From: Cyanobacteria bacterium P01_A01_bin.123
Lineage (GTDB): Bacteria > Cyanobacteriota > Cyanobacteriia > Phormidesmidales > Phormidesmidaceae
NCBI GenBank assembly: GCA_039815185.1
Contig: JBCBZT010000003.1
Coordinates: forward strand, 32,001-96,000
Direction of reading: 5' to 3'
DNA: 64,000 bases
Below, one piece after another: positions 43,172 to 54,669 of this stretch. The number at the start of each line of letters is the position of its first letter. Position 1 is the stretch's first letter. Under the pieces are notes generated by a model. That model was not told the DNA's origin, ran no database searches, and worked only from the letters and a program-made list of their open reading frames with translations. Position numbers and translations under genes: made by a program.

Positions 43172-44632
43172 ATGACAAATCAACAGCATTCTCGATCTAC
43201 TATTGAACCCTCTCGGAGGTGGCTGTCAGATATTCGTGCCCCTCGCCGTCTTCGCTTAGATCATTTCCTTTCTTGGCGCTGGCAGCGAGTACTAGTACTA
43301 CTGCTGGGGGATGTGTTAGCGCTGGCAATCGCATGGCAGGTTGCCCGTTACCTTAATCAATTTTATTCGCCTATTCCGGCCCAGCTCGTTTGGTGGGTTT
43401 GGTTGGGTTTACCCAGTCTATTTTGGGTTTTAGCTGTAGCAACGCTAGCCTTATTTGCCCAAAATGGTCTCTATGGTACTAGCATTCAGGTTAAAAATTA
43501 CCTGGCTGCAGGACAAGGGGTAAGCATAGTCTACTTATCCTCCTTGGTGTTGGCCTATTTTTATGACCCCAAGCTTGATCCACCGCGATCGCTTTTCTTT
43601 ACGGCCTGGTTTGGCAGTGTGGCTCTCGTTATCTTGATGCGATTATTGCTCAATGCTGTACTCAAGCAAATTGAACAGACCCACAATCAAGCCAGCGTGT
43701 TTCTGATTGCCCCAGCTCATCGCTTAAAACTTCTCGCAAATACCCTACAGCAACGGGCAAACTACAAAATTGTCGGAGCTGCACTGGCTGCCGCTGCCCA
43801 TACGTCAACTACCCTGCAGGCAATCTTGGACTCTAAGGCTAAAACTGTACTGATCGAAGATTTTCCCGATGCCGATTTAGCCTCCAGCTTTTACTGGAAC
43901 CTAAAACGGGCAGGCATTGCCCTCAACCTGATTCCATCGAGTCGAGAAATGCTGTATCGCCGCGGTGCGCCAGAAGTTTTTGCAGGTATTCCTATTCTTA
44001 GCCTAGAAGCGCCTTTACTCGATGGGCTTGATTATCATGTAAAGCGCTGGATTGATGTGGTGTGTGCAGCTCTGGGTCTACTTCTACTAGCTCCCCTATT
44101 CATGGTGACAGCGATCGCGATTAGGCTATCTTCCCCTGGGCCTGCTTTCTTTCGCCAAGAACGAATTGGTCTACACGGCAAAGTCTTTCAAGTTTGGAAG
44201 TTTCGTACGATGTGTGCTGATGCACCTCAGCTCCAGGCCGCCCTAGAAAAACAAAATCAAACCCAGGATGGGGTGTTGTTTAAAATCAAGACCGACCCAC
44301 GCGTAACTCGCGTAGGTCGGTTGCTAAGGCGCACTAGTCTTGACGAACTGCCCCAACTGTTTAATGTGGTGATGGGGCAAATGAGTTTAGTGGGGCCACG
44401 CCCCTTACCCTTGCGAGATGTAGCGCAGTTTGATCCATGGCACCATACTCGTCATCAGGTCTTGCCTGGAATTACAGGGCTTTGGCAAATCTCCGGCCGC
44501 TCAGATATTGAGAGCTTTGACGATGCGGCTCGACTTGATCTGCACTATATCGACAATTGGTCACTTAACCTAGATTTAGAAATCTTGATGGAAACCATTC
44601 GGATTGTTTTATTTGGCAAGGGGGCATACTAG
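43172..44632 (+). CDS. Initiating polyprenyl-phosphate sugar-1-phosphate transferase (WbaP/WcaJ-like)
   Basis: [51 protein letters not shown]. Confidence 0.93.
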   Translation: MTNQQHSRSTIEPSRRWLSDIRAPRRLRLDHFLSWRWQRVLVLLLGDVLALAIAWQVARYLNQFYSPIPAQLVWWVWLGLPSLFWVLAVATLALFAQNGLYGTSIQVKNYLAAGQGVSIVYLSSLVLAYFYDPKLDPPRSLFFTAWFGSVALVILMRLLLNAVLKQIEQTHNQASVFLIAPAHRLKLLANTLQQRANYKIVGAALAAAAHTSTTLQAILDSKAKTVLIEDFPDADLASSFYWNLKRAGIALNLIPSSREMLYRRGAPEVFAGIPILSLEAPLLDGLDYHVKRWIDVVCAALGLLLLAPLFMVTAIAIRLSSPGPAFFRQERIGLHGKVFQVWKFRTMCADAPQLQAALEKQNQTQDGVLFKIKTDPRVTRVGRLLRRTSLDELPQLFNVVMGQMSLVGPRPLPLRDVAQFDPWHHTRHQVLPGITGLWQISGRSDIESFDDAARLDLHYIDNWSLNLDLEILMETIRIVLFGKGAY

Positions 44633-44692
44633 CTCTCTTCCTGCCTGAAGTTCTTCCTTTTTCTGCTGATGCCTGTTGGGCAGTGAGTCTCT

Positions 44693-47290
44693 ATGAAACT
44701 ACAGCCGCTTGCTTGGTTTTCTTCGCTCCGCAAAATTGCTGCCGACAGTGCTGAAGGCACTGCCTGGAAAGGCCAATGGTTGATTGGAATTTGCCTTATT
44801 TTCTTGGTTGTCTTTACCTGGCTTCCCATGAGCTATTTTCGCATGGTGGGATGGCCCTGGATTATCCTATGGCAGCTTGGTTTTTTGTGCGCGGGGGGTA
44901 GCCTGGTCTGGATGCTGCGCCAGTTTAAGTTACCGTTTCGAGGGCTGGGGTATGGTCTGGATTGGTTGATCCTATTTACCAGTTCAGGGCTCTTGTTATC
45001 GGCTGCCCTGTCGAGCTTTCCAACCTTAGCTGCTTGGAATCTAGTGTTAGTGGCTTGCTATGCTCTGGTGTTTTACAGCATTCGGAACTTACTGATTGCC
45101 GCACCGTGCAAAGCCTACGGCTTATGGGCCGGACTAGCCATTAGCATCTCGATTACGGCTGTTATTAGTTTGTCGTACTGGCGACCTGACCCCAGTATGT
45201 GGGTATCGGGTGATTTTGGAGCTGCAATTCGGAATGCTATGCCATTGGGGCATCACAACTTTGTTGGCGGGTACTTCGCGTTGACGCTACCGTTAGTGTT
45301 TTGCTTTGCGATGGCCCAGAAGAACTGGCTAAAGCTACTTTTCACAATAGGCAGTGTCACTGTTCTATTTGCCCTTTATGTGAGTGGTTCACGCGGAGCC
45401 TATTTGGGATTTTTAGTCTATGCATTAGTGGCTATGGCGGTTGCCCTTTTGCGTAGTCGGGGGAGTCAGCGCAAGCGTCTCATGATTGCTTGTTTAGCCG
45501 GGTTGATCATTATTGTGGCTGGCATTGGCACTAATCCCAGGGTTCGAGATTTGATTGGTGGTATTCAAATTAGTCAAGAGACTACAGCAACGGTACAAGT
45601 CGGGGATGGGCCAGCTCGCGATCGTTGGTTTATGCTCAGAACGGCTGCCAATATTTTGCGCGATCGCCCATTACTGGGTGTTGGCCCTGGCAATATGGCT
45701 CGGGTTTCAAACCTTTACAGACCAATCGAAACCGGTACGGGGTTAGATCATGTTCAACAGTTGCATAATACGCCAGCCCAGTTTGTGGGAGAACTCGGAC
45801 TGTGGGGGATCGCAATTTATTTCGGCTGGATTGTGATGTGCGGTCGGTTGTGGTTGCGCGTCCATCAGAAAGACTTGACTACGCGCGATCGCTGGATGCT
45901 CTATGGCATCGGCGGTAGCGTCCTGGCCTATGGCGCGTCAAGTTTGACGGACTATCAGCTCGAAAACATTGGCATTGCGACTGTTTTAACCTTAAACACT
46001 GCCTTGCTGATTTATCTTGCCGATCAATATTTGTCAGATAAACCACAACCTACACCGTCAAAGCGACTACGCCGCATCTATAGCTTGGCAATCTTTGCCT
46101 TCCTAGCGGTTGCCCTCCGTTTTTGGTTGCCAATGGATACGGCTCTTTATTTAGGACATTTGGGTAATCAACAAGAGCGCGCCGATAATTACGTTACTGC
46201 GGATCAACGATGGACAGCTGCGGCAAACTTAATTCCTTGGGATCCAACCTATGATGCGTTAGCTGGAGGCATGCTCTATCAACTGGAAGAATTTGCTGAA
46301 GATGATAAGAGCAAAGAATCGATTCAAGCAGGCATTATTGAGCACTTTCAATATGTCCTCAAAGCAGCGCCTAATGACGTTTGGTTTAACCAAAACTTAG
46401 CGATCGCCTATATGAATATAGGTGATTTAAACAATGCCGAAATCTATGCGGGTCGAACAGCTCAATTACTGACTCGAAATCGAGGATATACTTACTTTTT
46501 GCTAGGGCGAATATATCTCGATCAAGGGAATCTGGAAGCAGCAATCACTGCATTTGCACTGCAAGCCCTAATCGATCCTTCAGTGATCACAATGCCACTT
46601 TGGACGGAATCCCCTTTTTCAGAGATTCATGCCCAAGTGATTTCAAAAACCCAAGCTCTCAACACTGAATTACTCTCATCAATAGGAGAGACAACACCTG
46701 GGTACAGTCGTATCTATGAAAACTGGCTGCTGATAAACTGGTGGTTTAACCAGGAGCTACCATCTAAATTAAAAACTGAACAACTGCGCCCCGTTGTCCA
46801 TGCCTTACTTAAGACAGATTCAGCACCTCAAGAAGCATTAGATATTGTGCAATCGGCGTTAACAGAAACTCCTGATGATGAAGCACTTTTACTCCTTCAA
46901 GCTTGGCTTAGACCTGAGCAATATTTAGATGACTTCTTCAGTGTTGAGGAAGTTAGCCCACAAGAGCAACAGTCTGCAGAAAATCATATTCGAGATTATC
47001 GTAATGCTAAAGCTTGGATTCAGTCTCTTTGGGAAGATAAAGGCAAGCATAATCGTCAGCAGCTTGCTTTAGCCTATCGTAACCAAGATGCACAGAAAAT
47101 TGGCACCTTGCTCTATCCCGATGGGTTACAGGCAAATTCTATCGCGACTCTAATTGACTTATTTCCTGATTACATCCGAGAATTTCCTGAACTTGATCAT
47201 TTATTAGAGCGCGCCAAAATTTCAGACCTTGGACTGCCCCACGTAACTAACAGCAACTTTCAATCAGGAAAGTTAAATTTCTCCAATTAA
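44693..47290 (+). CDS. O-antigen ligase / O-oligosaccharyltransferase family protein 1 (Wzy_C + TPR-like)
   Basis: PLGHHNFVGG, SGSRG, PLLGVGPG, QLHNTPAQFVGELG, LTDYQL. Confidence 0.85.
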   Translation: MKLQPLAWFSSLRKIAADSAEGTAWKGQWLIGICLIFLVVFTWLPMSYFRMVGWPWIILWQLGFLCAGGSLVWMLRQFKLPFRGLGYGLDWLILFTSSGLLLSAALSSFPTLAAWNLVLVACYALVFYSIRNLLIAAPCKAYGLWAGLAISISITAVISLSYWRPDPSMWVSGDFGAAIRNAMPLGHHNFVGGYFALTLPLVFCFAMAQKNWLKLLFTIGSVTVLFALYVSGSRGAYLGFLVYALVAMAVALLRSRGSQRKRLMIACLAGLIIIVAGIGTNPRVRDLIGGIQISQETTATVQVGDGPARDRWFMLRTAANILRDRPLLGVGPGNMARVSNLYRPIETGTGLDHVQQLHNTPAQFVGELGLWGIAIYFGWIVMCGRLWLRVHQKDLTTRDRWMLYGIGGSVLAYGASSLTDYQLENIGIATVLTLNTALLIYLADQYLSDKPQPTPSKRLRRIYSLAIFAFLAVALRFWLPMDTALYLGHLGNQQERADNYVTADQRWTAAANLIPWDPTYDALAGGMLYQLEEFAEDDKSKESIQAGIIEHFQYVLKAAPNDVWFNQNLAIAYMNIGDLNNAEIYAGRTAQLLTRNRGYTYFLLGRIYLDQGNLEAAITAFALQALIDPSVITMPLWTESPFSEIHAQVISKTQALNTELLSSIGETTPGYSRIYENWLLINWWFNQELPSKLKTEQLRPVVHALLKTDSAPQEALDIVQSALTETPDDEALLLLQAWLRPEQYLDDFFSVEEVSPQEQQSAENHIRDYRNAKAWIQSLWEDKGKHNRQQLALAYRNQDAQKIGTLLYPDGLQANSIATLIDLFPDYIREFPELDHLLERAKISDLGLPHVTNSNFQSGKLNFSN

Positions 47291-47320
47291 ACCTTCTTGT
47301 AAGTAAACGTCGATGTTTTC

Positions 47321-49885
47321 ATGTCAACCTCTCCGAAGATATTAGATCAATCTGACGGTAAGCTGCTGGCCATAATTACTGCGATCGCCTATATCTGGCT
47401 AACCTTGATGCCTGGCAGTAACACAATGGTGCTGTTATGGCCTTGGGTTTTTGTTTGGCAAATCAGCTTAGTAATGCCTGTCATTTGGTTACTCTGGCAG
47501 ATTTGGTATCAAAGACCGATATCAGCGTTGAAACTAGGTCATCATTTAGATATATTAGCTGGCCTATTAGGGATTGGAATCATTATTTCGAGTCTGTGCT
47601 CAAAATTTCCTCAATATTCTATTTGGTATGGCTGGGCGACGCTTTGTATGTTGGCCGCACTCTATGCTGTTAAAGGATGGCTAAACTCCCCTGCTCGACG
47701 TCAGTGGATTTTAATGTTTCAAGGTTATCTTGCAGTTTGCTTTATTGTTCTAAGCCTTGTGCTTTGGTTAACCCAAACCTATTTCCCAGAGTTGGATCGC
47801 TTACAAGCATTACAAATAGTAGGCGTTGAGGCAAGATTTGACTTCAGTACTAATAGTCTACGAAATTGGCATCCTCTAGGTCATCCTAATTATGTAGCGG
47901 GTTACTTAGTTTTAGTTCTACCTTTACTTGTTGGATTAGGGATACAGCAGCAAAAGCGGCATCGATGGTTTTGGTTTGTTGCTACTAGTCTGGGAAGCTT
48001 ATGTCTTTATACCACTAGTTCTCGGGGAGCTTGGCTAGCGCTTTTAGTTTTAGGTTTGGTAGGGGCTATCATTGTTGCAATCTACAGTAAAATGCCACGT
48101 CATTTACTAGCAGTACTAAGCCTTAGCAGCGTCATTGTGATGATTACAATGGCTTTAGCAAATAGCCGATTTCGCCCTCTTATCCTTAACCTCATTCAGG
48201 GTAAAGGCAGCGGTGAATTAGGTTATCGAATCATCACAAATGTTGCAGGTTGGCAGATGGGAATCATTTATCCTCTATCTGGTTTGGGGCTAGGGTCAGT
48301 GCCTCAGAGTTATCAGCAATACAGGCCTTTTTGGGCTGGGCGAGAAGCAGAAATGGTATATCAACTCCACAGCACACCAGCTCAACTTTGGGCAGAATTG
48401 GGGGTTTGGGGCGTGTTTATTCCTCTAATGGGAACTTTTCTGATCGGCAGGTTGAGTATTCAATGGATTCAAGAACAACGGGGCGTTAATCAGGACAATA
48501 TATTGATCTGGAGTATTTTAGCAGGGCTATTTTCTTACCTTATCTTTAGTCTTACAGATTATCAGCTCGATAATATTTGTATTAGTGGAATACTCTTAAT
48601 TTACATTGCCGTATTAGCTGATGAATTCAAAGCGCAACAGTTCTCTCAATCTATGCAATTTCCCCATCATTTATACTTCCCTACGGGGCATCGCTATCTG
48701 GTAGGCATAGGTGCTGGTATTACGATCGCAGTCGGGATTTGGCTAATTCCGATTCATCGGGCTTGGGCCTTATCAAATTACGGTTTTTTCGAACTTAGGG
48801 AAGGGAGCACTGAGGCTTTTGTACAGGTCTTATCAAAAGTCCATAGTCTTGTACCTTGGGAGGTTTACTATCCTTATCAACTTGGTTGGAATCTTGGTGA
48901 TTTGAGTTATCAGACTCAAGATCTTGAAGAACAAGAAGATTTGAGAAGGAAAGCAGTAGAGTGGCTTGATATTGCTAATAAAATCTCTCCTTCCCATGAG
49001 TTTGGGCATTCTAACTTAGGTTGGCTATTAATCAATTCAAACCCTAAGGCCGCCACCGAAGAATTTATCAAATCTACTCGGCTTGTGTCAGCTAAGCAAG
49101 GAGTTTTCTTTGGTTTGGGCTTTAGCTTGCTTCAACAGGGGAAAACTGAATTGGCAGTTGAGGCTATGGCGCTTGAGTTAATGCGACATCCCCTGACCTT
49201 AACCAGTCCAATATGGCAGTTGCGGCAATTTAGACCTATTTATAGCGAAATCTTAACTAAATTGGAAGCAAACTATGATGATTTGCTAACTCAGGTATCT
49301 GACTTAGAAACAGATCAATTGATTTATCAACTTAGGGGTGGCCTCTACTGGTGGCAAGGTGATTTTGAGAAGGCGGATGAGGATTGGCAGATGGAAAACA
49401 ACGATTTTTGCCAAATTTTATTAGCGATTTCTCAAGGGCAAGATATTAATCAAGAAATAGATGACTTGCCTGTGAGTCCTGGGACGCTAGCGCTGCAGGC
49501 TTGGCTTATGCCTGAGAATCGGGAACAGCTACTGCGTCAAGCCTGGTTGAGTCGCCCAGAAGCGATTCCGCAACTTGGAGTTGAGTCTCCTACCGGCGAT
49601 GTGGTCGACCAGTTAACTCAAACAATGAGCAGCGCTGAAACGTTTTTTCAATGGCTCAAGATGCTAGCGCCAAACTGGCAACCTCGGAGTCAACGGCTCG
49701 GCTTTGGCGTTCTCATGCGTCATATTGATGGTTCTCTGCCCTCAGACTTTCTACCCAGAATTGAAAATATTCCCATGACAGAGTTTTTTGACATAGTTTT
49801 ACCGTCACCGAACTATTTACCTTCTTGGGATATAGCCTTGCAACCATTAAGGCAAAATCTAATTGATCGCGTCAGCTTTGACTAG
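47321..49885 (+). CDS. O-antigen ligase / O-oligosaccharyltransferase family protein 2
   Basis: PLGHPNYVAG, TSSRG, GLGLG, QLHSTPAQLWAELG, LTDYQL. Confidence 0.85.
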   Translation: MSTSPKILDQSDGKLLAIITAIAYIWLTLMPGSNTMVLLWPWVFVWQISLVMPVIWLLWQIWYQRPISALKLGHHLDILAGLLGIGIIISSLCSKFPQYSIWYGWATLCMLAALYAVKGWLNSPARRQWILMFQGYLAVCFIVLSLVLWLTQTYFPELDRLQALQIVGVEARFDFSTNSLRNWHPLGHPNYVAGYLVLVLPLLVGLGIQQQKRHRWFWFVATSLGSLCLYTTSSRGAWLALLVLGLVGAIIVAIYSKMPRHLLAVLSLSSVIVMITMALANSRFRPLILNLIQGKGSGELGYRIITNVAGWQMGIIYPLSGLGLGSVPQSYQQYRPFWAGREAEMVYQLHSTPAQLWAELGVWGVFIPLMGTFLIGRLSIQWIQEQRGVNQDNILIWSILAGLFSYLIFSLTDYQLDNICISGILLIYIAVLADEFKAQQFSQSMQFPHHLYFPTGHRYLVGIGAGITIAVGIWLIPIHRAWALSNYGFFELREGSTEAFVQVLSKVHSLVPWEVYYPYQLGWNLGDLSYQTQDLEEQEDLRRKAVEWLDIANKISPSHEFGHSNLGWLLINSNPKAATEEFIKSTRLVSAKQGVFFGLGFSLLQQGKTELAVEAMALELMRHPLTLTSPIWQLRQFRPIYSEILTKLEANYDDLLTQVSDLETDQLIYQLRGGLYWWQGDFEKADEDWQMENNDFCQILLAISQGQDINQEIDDLPVSPGTLALQAWLMPENREQLLRQAWLSRPEAIPQLGVESPTGDVVDQLTQTMSSAETFFQWLKMLAPNWQPRSQRLGFGVLMRHIDGSLPSDFLPRIENIPMTEFFDIVLPSPNYLPSWDIALQPLRQNLIDRVSFD

Positions 49886-50744
49886 GCGTTTCAGGACTAT
49901 CTAAGTCGGGTTCATCATTGTCGATCTTATATTGCACGGTCGCTCGCCCATTTTGATCAACAATAATTGTGCCGCCCAACTCCTCAATATTTAATACTGC
50001 AATCTGACGGGCTTCATCATCGACAGCACCTGCTAATACTTGAGCCCATGCGGCGATTTGTGCAGGTTTGCTATTAATATCTTGGGCTAGAAATTGAGCA
50101 GTGTTGAGAGAGCGTTCTGCAACTATTTTACCTTCTGGATCTGATGACAAACTTGCCCATTCTGCAGCTTTAAGATGAGATCTTCTAGCTGCTTCACCGT
50201 TACCTAAGAATAACAACTCGTCCACGGCTTTATAGCGCCAAATATAGTAGGAATCAGGCGGTACATCGGGTGCCATTGACTTTAAACCCTGCTCCATTAG
50301 GGTCACAGAAATATCGGGGCGACCTGAGTAAAGTGATACGCTGGTCGACAAAAATAAATAGATTTCGCTGAAAAATGGATCTCGGGCTACAATGTTCTCA
50401 AAAAATAGTGGGCTAGCCAAATAACCTATGCTTCCTCGGGTTTCTCGATCACCAAAATATTGTAAAAAACTCAGATACAAGAAATCGCTAATAACATTTC
50501 TATAACCAAAGCTTGGAGACTGCTTGAGTACTGTAAGATTTGACTTGAGCGCTTGATCTTGAAGCGCGATCCTCGATTTTGAGGAACTATCTACTGACGA
50601 ATTACCTGTCAGGATAGTATCAAGCTTGGCTTTTTGGAATCCCAAGACCCCGAATACGCTAACAATAATAAACAGAGAATAGAGTTTTCGTCTCAAGGGA
50701 AACAACGTTTTCATAAGGTCAGTTTCTAAAAGAGATTTAGACAC
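49872..50744 (-). CDS. Pilin-associated conserved hypothetical membrane-anchored protein
   Basis: N-terminal TM; PSFGYRN...FLQYFGD, DELLFLG; lies downstream of pilA. Confidence 0.7.
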   Translation of the reverse strand: MSKSLLETDLMKTLFPLRRKLYSLFIIVSVFGVLGFQKAKLDTILTGNSSVDSSSKSRIALQDQALKSNLTVLKQSPSFGYRNVISDFLYLSFLQYFGDRETRGSIGYLASPLFFENIVARDPFFSEIYLFLSTSVSLYSGRPDISVTLMEQGLKSMAPDVPPDSYYIWRYKAVDELLFLGNGEAARRSHLKAAEWASLSSDPEGKIVAERSLNTAQFLAQDINSKPAQIAAWAQVLAGAVDDEARQIAVLNIEELGGTIIVDQNGRATVQYKIDNDEPDLDSPETPSQS

Positions 50745-51016
50745 CTCATCACTGAGGACTTCATCACTGCTTTAATGAAATAAATGTTTAAGTCCTAACA
50801 CAATGAAGCCCTACAACTTTTGTCAAAATCGTAAGAGAAATCAGTAGCACCAGAGAGACAAAAAACTGTGAAAACTGATTGTGTCATCTCAGTAACTGCT
50901 TTTGGTATGGTTTCAGTCTTGAACAAGCTTCCTGTGTAGACACTACTTTAGTATATTGCAACTCGCTAACAACCCAGAGCATAACTTTTGTGAGTCGCGT
51001 TAAATACTTTGAACAC

Positions 51017-51056
51017 AAAATAAATTAAGGGCAGCTAAGACTAGCTGCCCTTAATT
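51017..51056 (-). terminator. Intrinsic terminator after pilA
   Basis: 15-bp perfect stem AATTAAGGGCAGCTA/TAGCTGCCCTTAATT with 4-nt loop; U-rich tail on the minus strand. Confidence 0.8.
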
Positions 51057-51179
51057 AGAGAGTGCCTGCGTAATGTTTCTGAATCTCCTGAGGCGTATGC
51101 TAGCCTTGGTTTCCAAAGGCTTTACATCTAGACATATGCCTCACATTCACAAAGCACTACATTAACTCAGCCCTTGGCG

Positions 51180-51749
<570 letters not shown>

Positions 51750-51807
51750 TTTAAATGTTGTCTCCTTCAGAGGGATGCGGATAACGGGTGTCTAGCTCCA
51801 TGGTTCT

Positions 51808-51816
51808 AGGCTACCC
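51808..51816 (-). promoter_or_regulatory. Putative SigF/SigJ-type extended -10 (GGGTAGCCT) of pilA
   Basis: Matches the GGG-A---T pattern of cyanobacterial motility sigma promoters; ~60 nt upstream of the ATG. Confidence 0.5.
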
Positions 51817-51908
51817 ACCTGTTTTCCGATCCATATCATTTTGGTTGAAGATCCTTCTAAGCCCCTTCTGATAAGGGCTTAAGTCCTTTTAGGCTGCATT
51901 TGGGATAT

Positions 51909-51923
51909 CCGTATTTTTACGGA
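51909..51923. promoter_or_regulatory. Palindromic putative transcription-factor site upstream of pilA
   Basis: CCGTATTTTTACGGA, identical to 34825-34839. Confidence 0.45.
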
Positions 51924-51972
51924 AAAATTAGGGATCTCGAACTTTTTCCGCACAGTTTGTCACTTTCTAAAG

Positions 51973-53949
51973 TTAGAGAGGATTCCGCGATCGCCAACCG
52001 GATTCTCGATTAGGAATGGTGGCGAGGTTGGGAAAAGCAGATTTAATGGCGTCGAGACGAGCGTCGGCGGGTTCATCGTTGTAGTTGAACAGGCTTTCAA
52101 AGAAGAAGAAAGAAACGCCAGCATAGGCGCGATCGCGGACAGCATCAATTTGCTGCTGCACAGTTTCAATTGGCATGGGGCTGGTGCGCAACCCCGTGAG
52201 GATGCCCAGGCTGGTGGGGATGCGGCGACGCGCACTTTGGGCCCAAGGCTTGTTCATCTCCCAAATGAAGCGTTCCATGTCACGGCGATAAACCTGGATG
52301 ATCAGCTCGTCGACATAGCCCCGGTTGACCCAAGTCGGCCAGTCTTGCAGGTAGTTGTCGTAGGCGAAGGGATGGGGGTTGGGCGATACGGACAAAATGG
52401 CGTCAGGGCGTCGATTTTTGATCAATTGAGCAATCTCGCCCATAAAGTCGCTGATTTTGTCGGCCCGCCAGCGTACCCACTCGCGGTTGTTGGGGTTGAC
52501 CGGAGGAGACTGACCATCGTGCTCTTGTTGGTAAAGTGCGATGGTGACGGGGTCGTAGCCAAACTCAACCGGGATGCCCATGTGGTCATCGACCTGGAAG
52601 CCATCGATGTCGTAGTTGCGCAGCAACTCATCCACCATGAGTAAGAAGAAGCGCTGCACCTGGGGATGGAAAGGGTTGAGCCAGGCGCGGTTGAAATCTC
52701 CGGCTGGGGTGACATAGGTGCCATCGGCTTTGTGGGTAAGCCAGTCGGGGTGGCGCTCAACCAGGCTGGAGTTTGAGGGGGTCATGTAGCCAAATTCAAA
52801 CCAGGGAATTACCTTGAGTCCTTGGCCATGGCCGATTTCAATCAGCTCTTCAAGCATGTCGCGATCGCCTTGGGTGGCTTCTAACTCGCGATCGCGTTGA
52901 GATCTTTCCGGGTAAGGATACAGTCCTTGTTTGACGCCGATAGTGCGTTCGGCAGCAGCACTGGGGTAAAGGGTGGTGCCCCAGTTCCAAACGGTGGGGT
53001 AGACCGTATTGAAGTTTGCCTCCTTCAGGGTAGCTATCCCCTGTTCTAGGTTTTCACGAGAAAACAATACTTCGCTATCAATGTTAGTTAGCCAAACGCC
53101 GCGCAGTTCTTGGTCGGGAATGGCGGGTGCACCAGCCGTTTGGGGAATGCGAACCGCTTCACTGGGGAGGGAATTGGTCAGGGCCGCGATGGGGGTTGCC
53201 TGACACACCATCGCGGCAACTTCCCCACGGGTGGCAATTTGATTAGGGTCTAAGCGATCTGAAGGGGGGTAGAGCACCAGCGCTGATTGGGCCAGGGTCG
53301 CCGCGACCCCTTCACGGGCAAATTCTGGAATTACAGTGGCATCTGCAAAGTTAGCTTTTAGGGCCGCGATCGCGTTGTTTACATAGGGAAAATCGCGCTT
53401 GGCGGCGATCGCCATCATCACCTCAACCCGACTTAAGGCTTGGTTCAGTTCAAAATAGTTGGCGGGATAATGGGAGAGAAAATTACTGGGGTTGGTAATC
53501 CCTAAGGCATTCGCAGCAGAGTTGGCCAAGGACAAACTATCTGGGTTGAGCCAGGTGATTAAATCTTGCCAGGTGGTTGGGTCATCGGGACGAAATTGGC
53601 CATCGGGGTAGGTATTGGGATTGCCCAAGCGGTTTTGATCCACTAGACCTTGGATGCAGTCTTTGGCCCAGTGGTTGTCAATGTCACGGAGTCGCGGGGG
53701 TGGAAGCAGTTCAAATAGAGACGGATCCAGGTTAGGCGACTCACTGGGTGATGGTTGGTTGGGCTGTAGAATCGGGGGGCTATCTTCGTCAAAGTGAACA
53801 TCCCCTGGGATAGTCGGTGTTTCCTCGGTTTGGGCAATGACGGGCCAGTGGAGGTTACTGCCAATTGCGATCGCAAACGTTAACAAAAACAGGACGAAAC
53901 TCCGTATCCAAAGCTGCCTTAACCCCGCCTTTTGATGCCCCTTAACCAT
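51973..53949 (-). CDS. SLH-domain + GHL10 glycoside hydrolase-like protein
   Basis: DIDNHWA, YPDGQFRPD, ATRGEVAA (SLH); ELRGVWLTNIDS, WFEFG, DGFQVDDH. Confidence 0.88.
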   Translation of the reverse strand: MVKGHQKAGLRQLWIRSFVLFLLTFAIAIGSNLHWPVIAQTEETPTIPGDVHFDEDSPPILQPNQPSPSESPNLDPSLFELLPPPRLRDIDNHWAKDCIQGLVDQNRLGNPNTYPDGQFRPDDPTTWQDLITWLNPDSLSLANSAANALGITNPSNFLSHYPANYFELNQALSRVEVMMAIAAKRDFPYVNNAIAALKANFADATVIPEFAREGVAATLAQSALVLYPPSDRLDPNQIATRGEVAAMVCQATPIAALTNSLPSEAVRIPQTAGAPAIPDQELRGVWLTNIDSEVLFSRENLEQGIATLKEANFNTVYPTVWNWGTTLYPSAAAERTIGVKQGLYPYPERSQRDRELEATQGDRDMLEELIEIGHGQGLKVIPWFEFGYMTPSNSSLVERHPDWLTHKADGTYVTPAGDFNRAWLNPFHPQVQRFFLLMVDELLRNYDIDGFQVDDHMGIPVEFGYDPVTIALYQQEHDGQSPPVNPNNREWVRWRADKISDFMGEIAQLIKNRRPDAILSVSPNPHPFAYDNYLQDWPTWVNRGYVDELIIQVYRRDMERFIWEMNKPWAQSARRRIPTSLGILTGLRTSPMPIETVQQQIDAVRDRAYAGVSFFFFESLFNYNDEPADARLDAIKSAFPNLATIPNRESGWRSRNPL

Positions 53950-53959
53950 ACCGATTGTC

Positions 53960-54316
53960 TTATCCTCCGCTAATTTTGACCTGGTAGCCCTTCCCCTTCA
54001 GCAGCGTCACCAATTTGTCCCGGTGGTCGCCTTGAATTTCTAGGGTGTTATCTTTCACCGTGCCGCCACTGCCGCATTGGGCTTTTAGGTCTTTCGCTAG
54101 GTTAGTGAGGGTTTCCGGTTTATGTTGAAATCCGCTGACGATAGTTACAGTTTTGCCTTTTCGCCCTTTGCGGCTGGCCTCTACTTTGATGGACTGCTGA
54201 TTGGGTGGCAGGTCGGGTACCCCTCGGGCAAAGGCACTCGCTTGGGATTGGCCAAACTCCTGGTAAGCGACGCGATCGCGGTTGGGATCCGATGATTTTT
54301 TCTTGCGGCTCGACAT
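53960..54316 (-). CDS. yciH: Translation initiation factor SUI1/YciH
   Basis: RKGRKGKTVT, LKAQCGSGGTVK, IQGDHR. Confidence 0.92.
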   Translation of the reverse strand: MSSRKKKSSDPNRDRVAYQEFGQSQASAFARGVPDLPPNQQSIKVEASRKGRKGKTVTIVSGFQHKPETLTNLAKDLKAQCGSGGTVKDNTLEIQGDHRDKLVTLLKGKGYQVKISGG

Positions 54317-54326
54317 AGGCTACCGA

Positions 54327-54363
54327 ATTGTGGATTTTGGATTTACGGTTTGGGATTGCGGAT
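54327..54363. repeat. Heptameric STRR-like tandem repeat
   Basis: ATTGTGG ATTTTGG ATTTACG GTTTGGG ATTGCGG. Confidence 0.55.
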
Positions 54364-54669
54364 GTCTTGCATTAAGAGGCATCTGATTCTAAACCAAGTT
54401 AGGGGTTTCGTTCTATCTTGTGCCTTTCGATTCTTCATTGCGGCTCTCCTAGTTGCGTCCTAGCCAGATGAAGACTGAGGTTCTAGAAACCGAATTTCTG
54501 GCCAGAGAATCACCGCCATGATGACGCTTGATCAAAGCAACCCGGTTTCTGACTTATAGCGCTGGCCAGCTTGCTTAAGGCACCGAGTATCGCTGGGATG
54601 CTGAATCTACAGGCAATCTGGCTCGCAGCCGCGTCCTATCCGGACTGGCGACTGCTATAGCGTTGCTGT

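Noticed and set aside
54485..54550. Two degenerate AGAAACC..GGTTTCT palindromes as a mini-CRISPR
   Set aside because: Only two short, imperfect units; no cas genes; resembles a common cyanobacterial dispersed repeat
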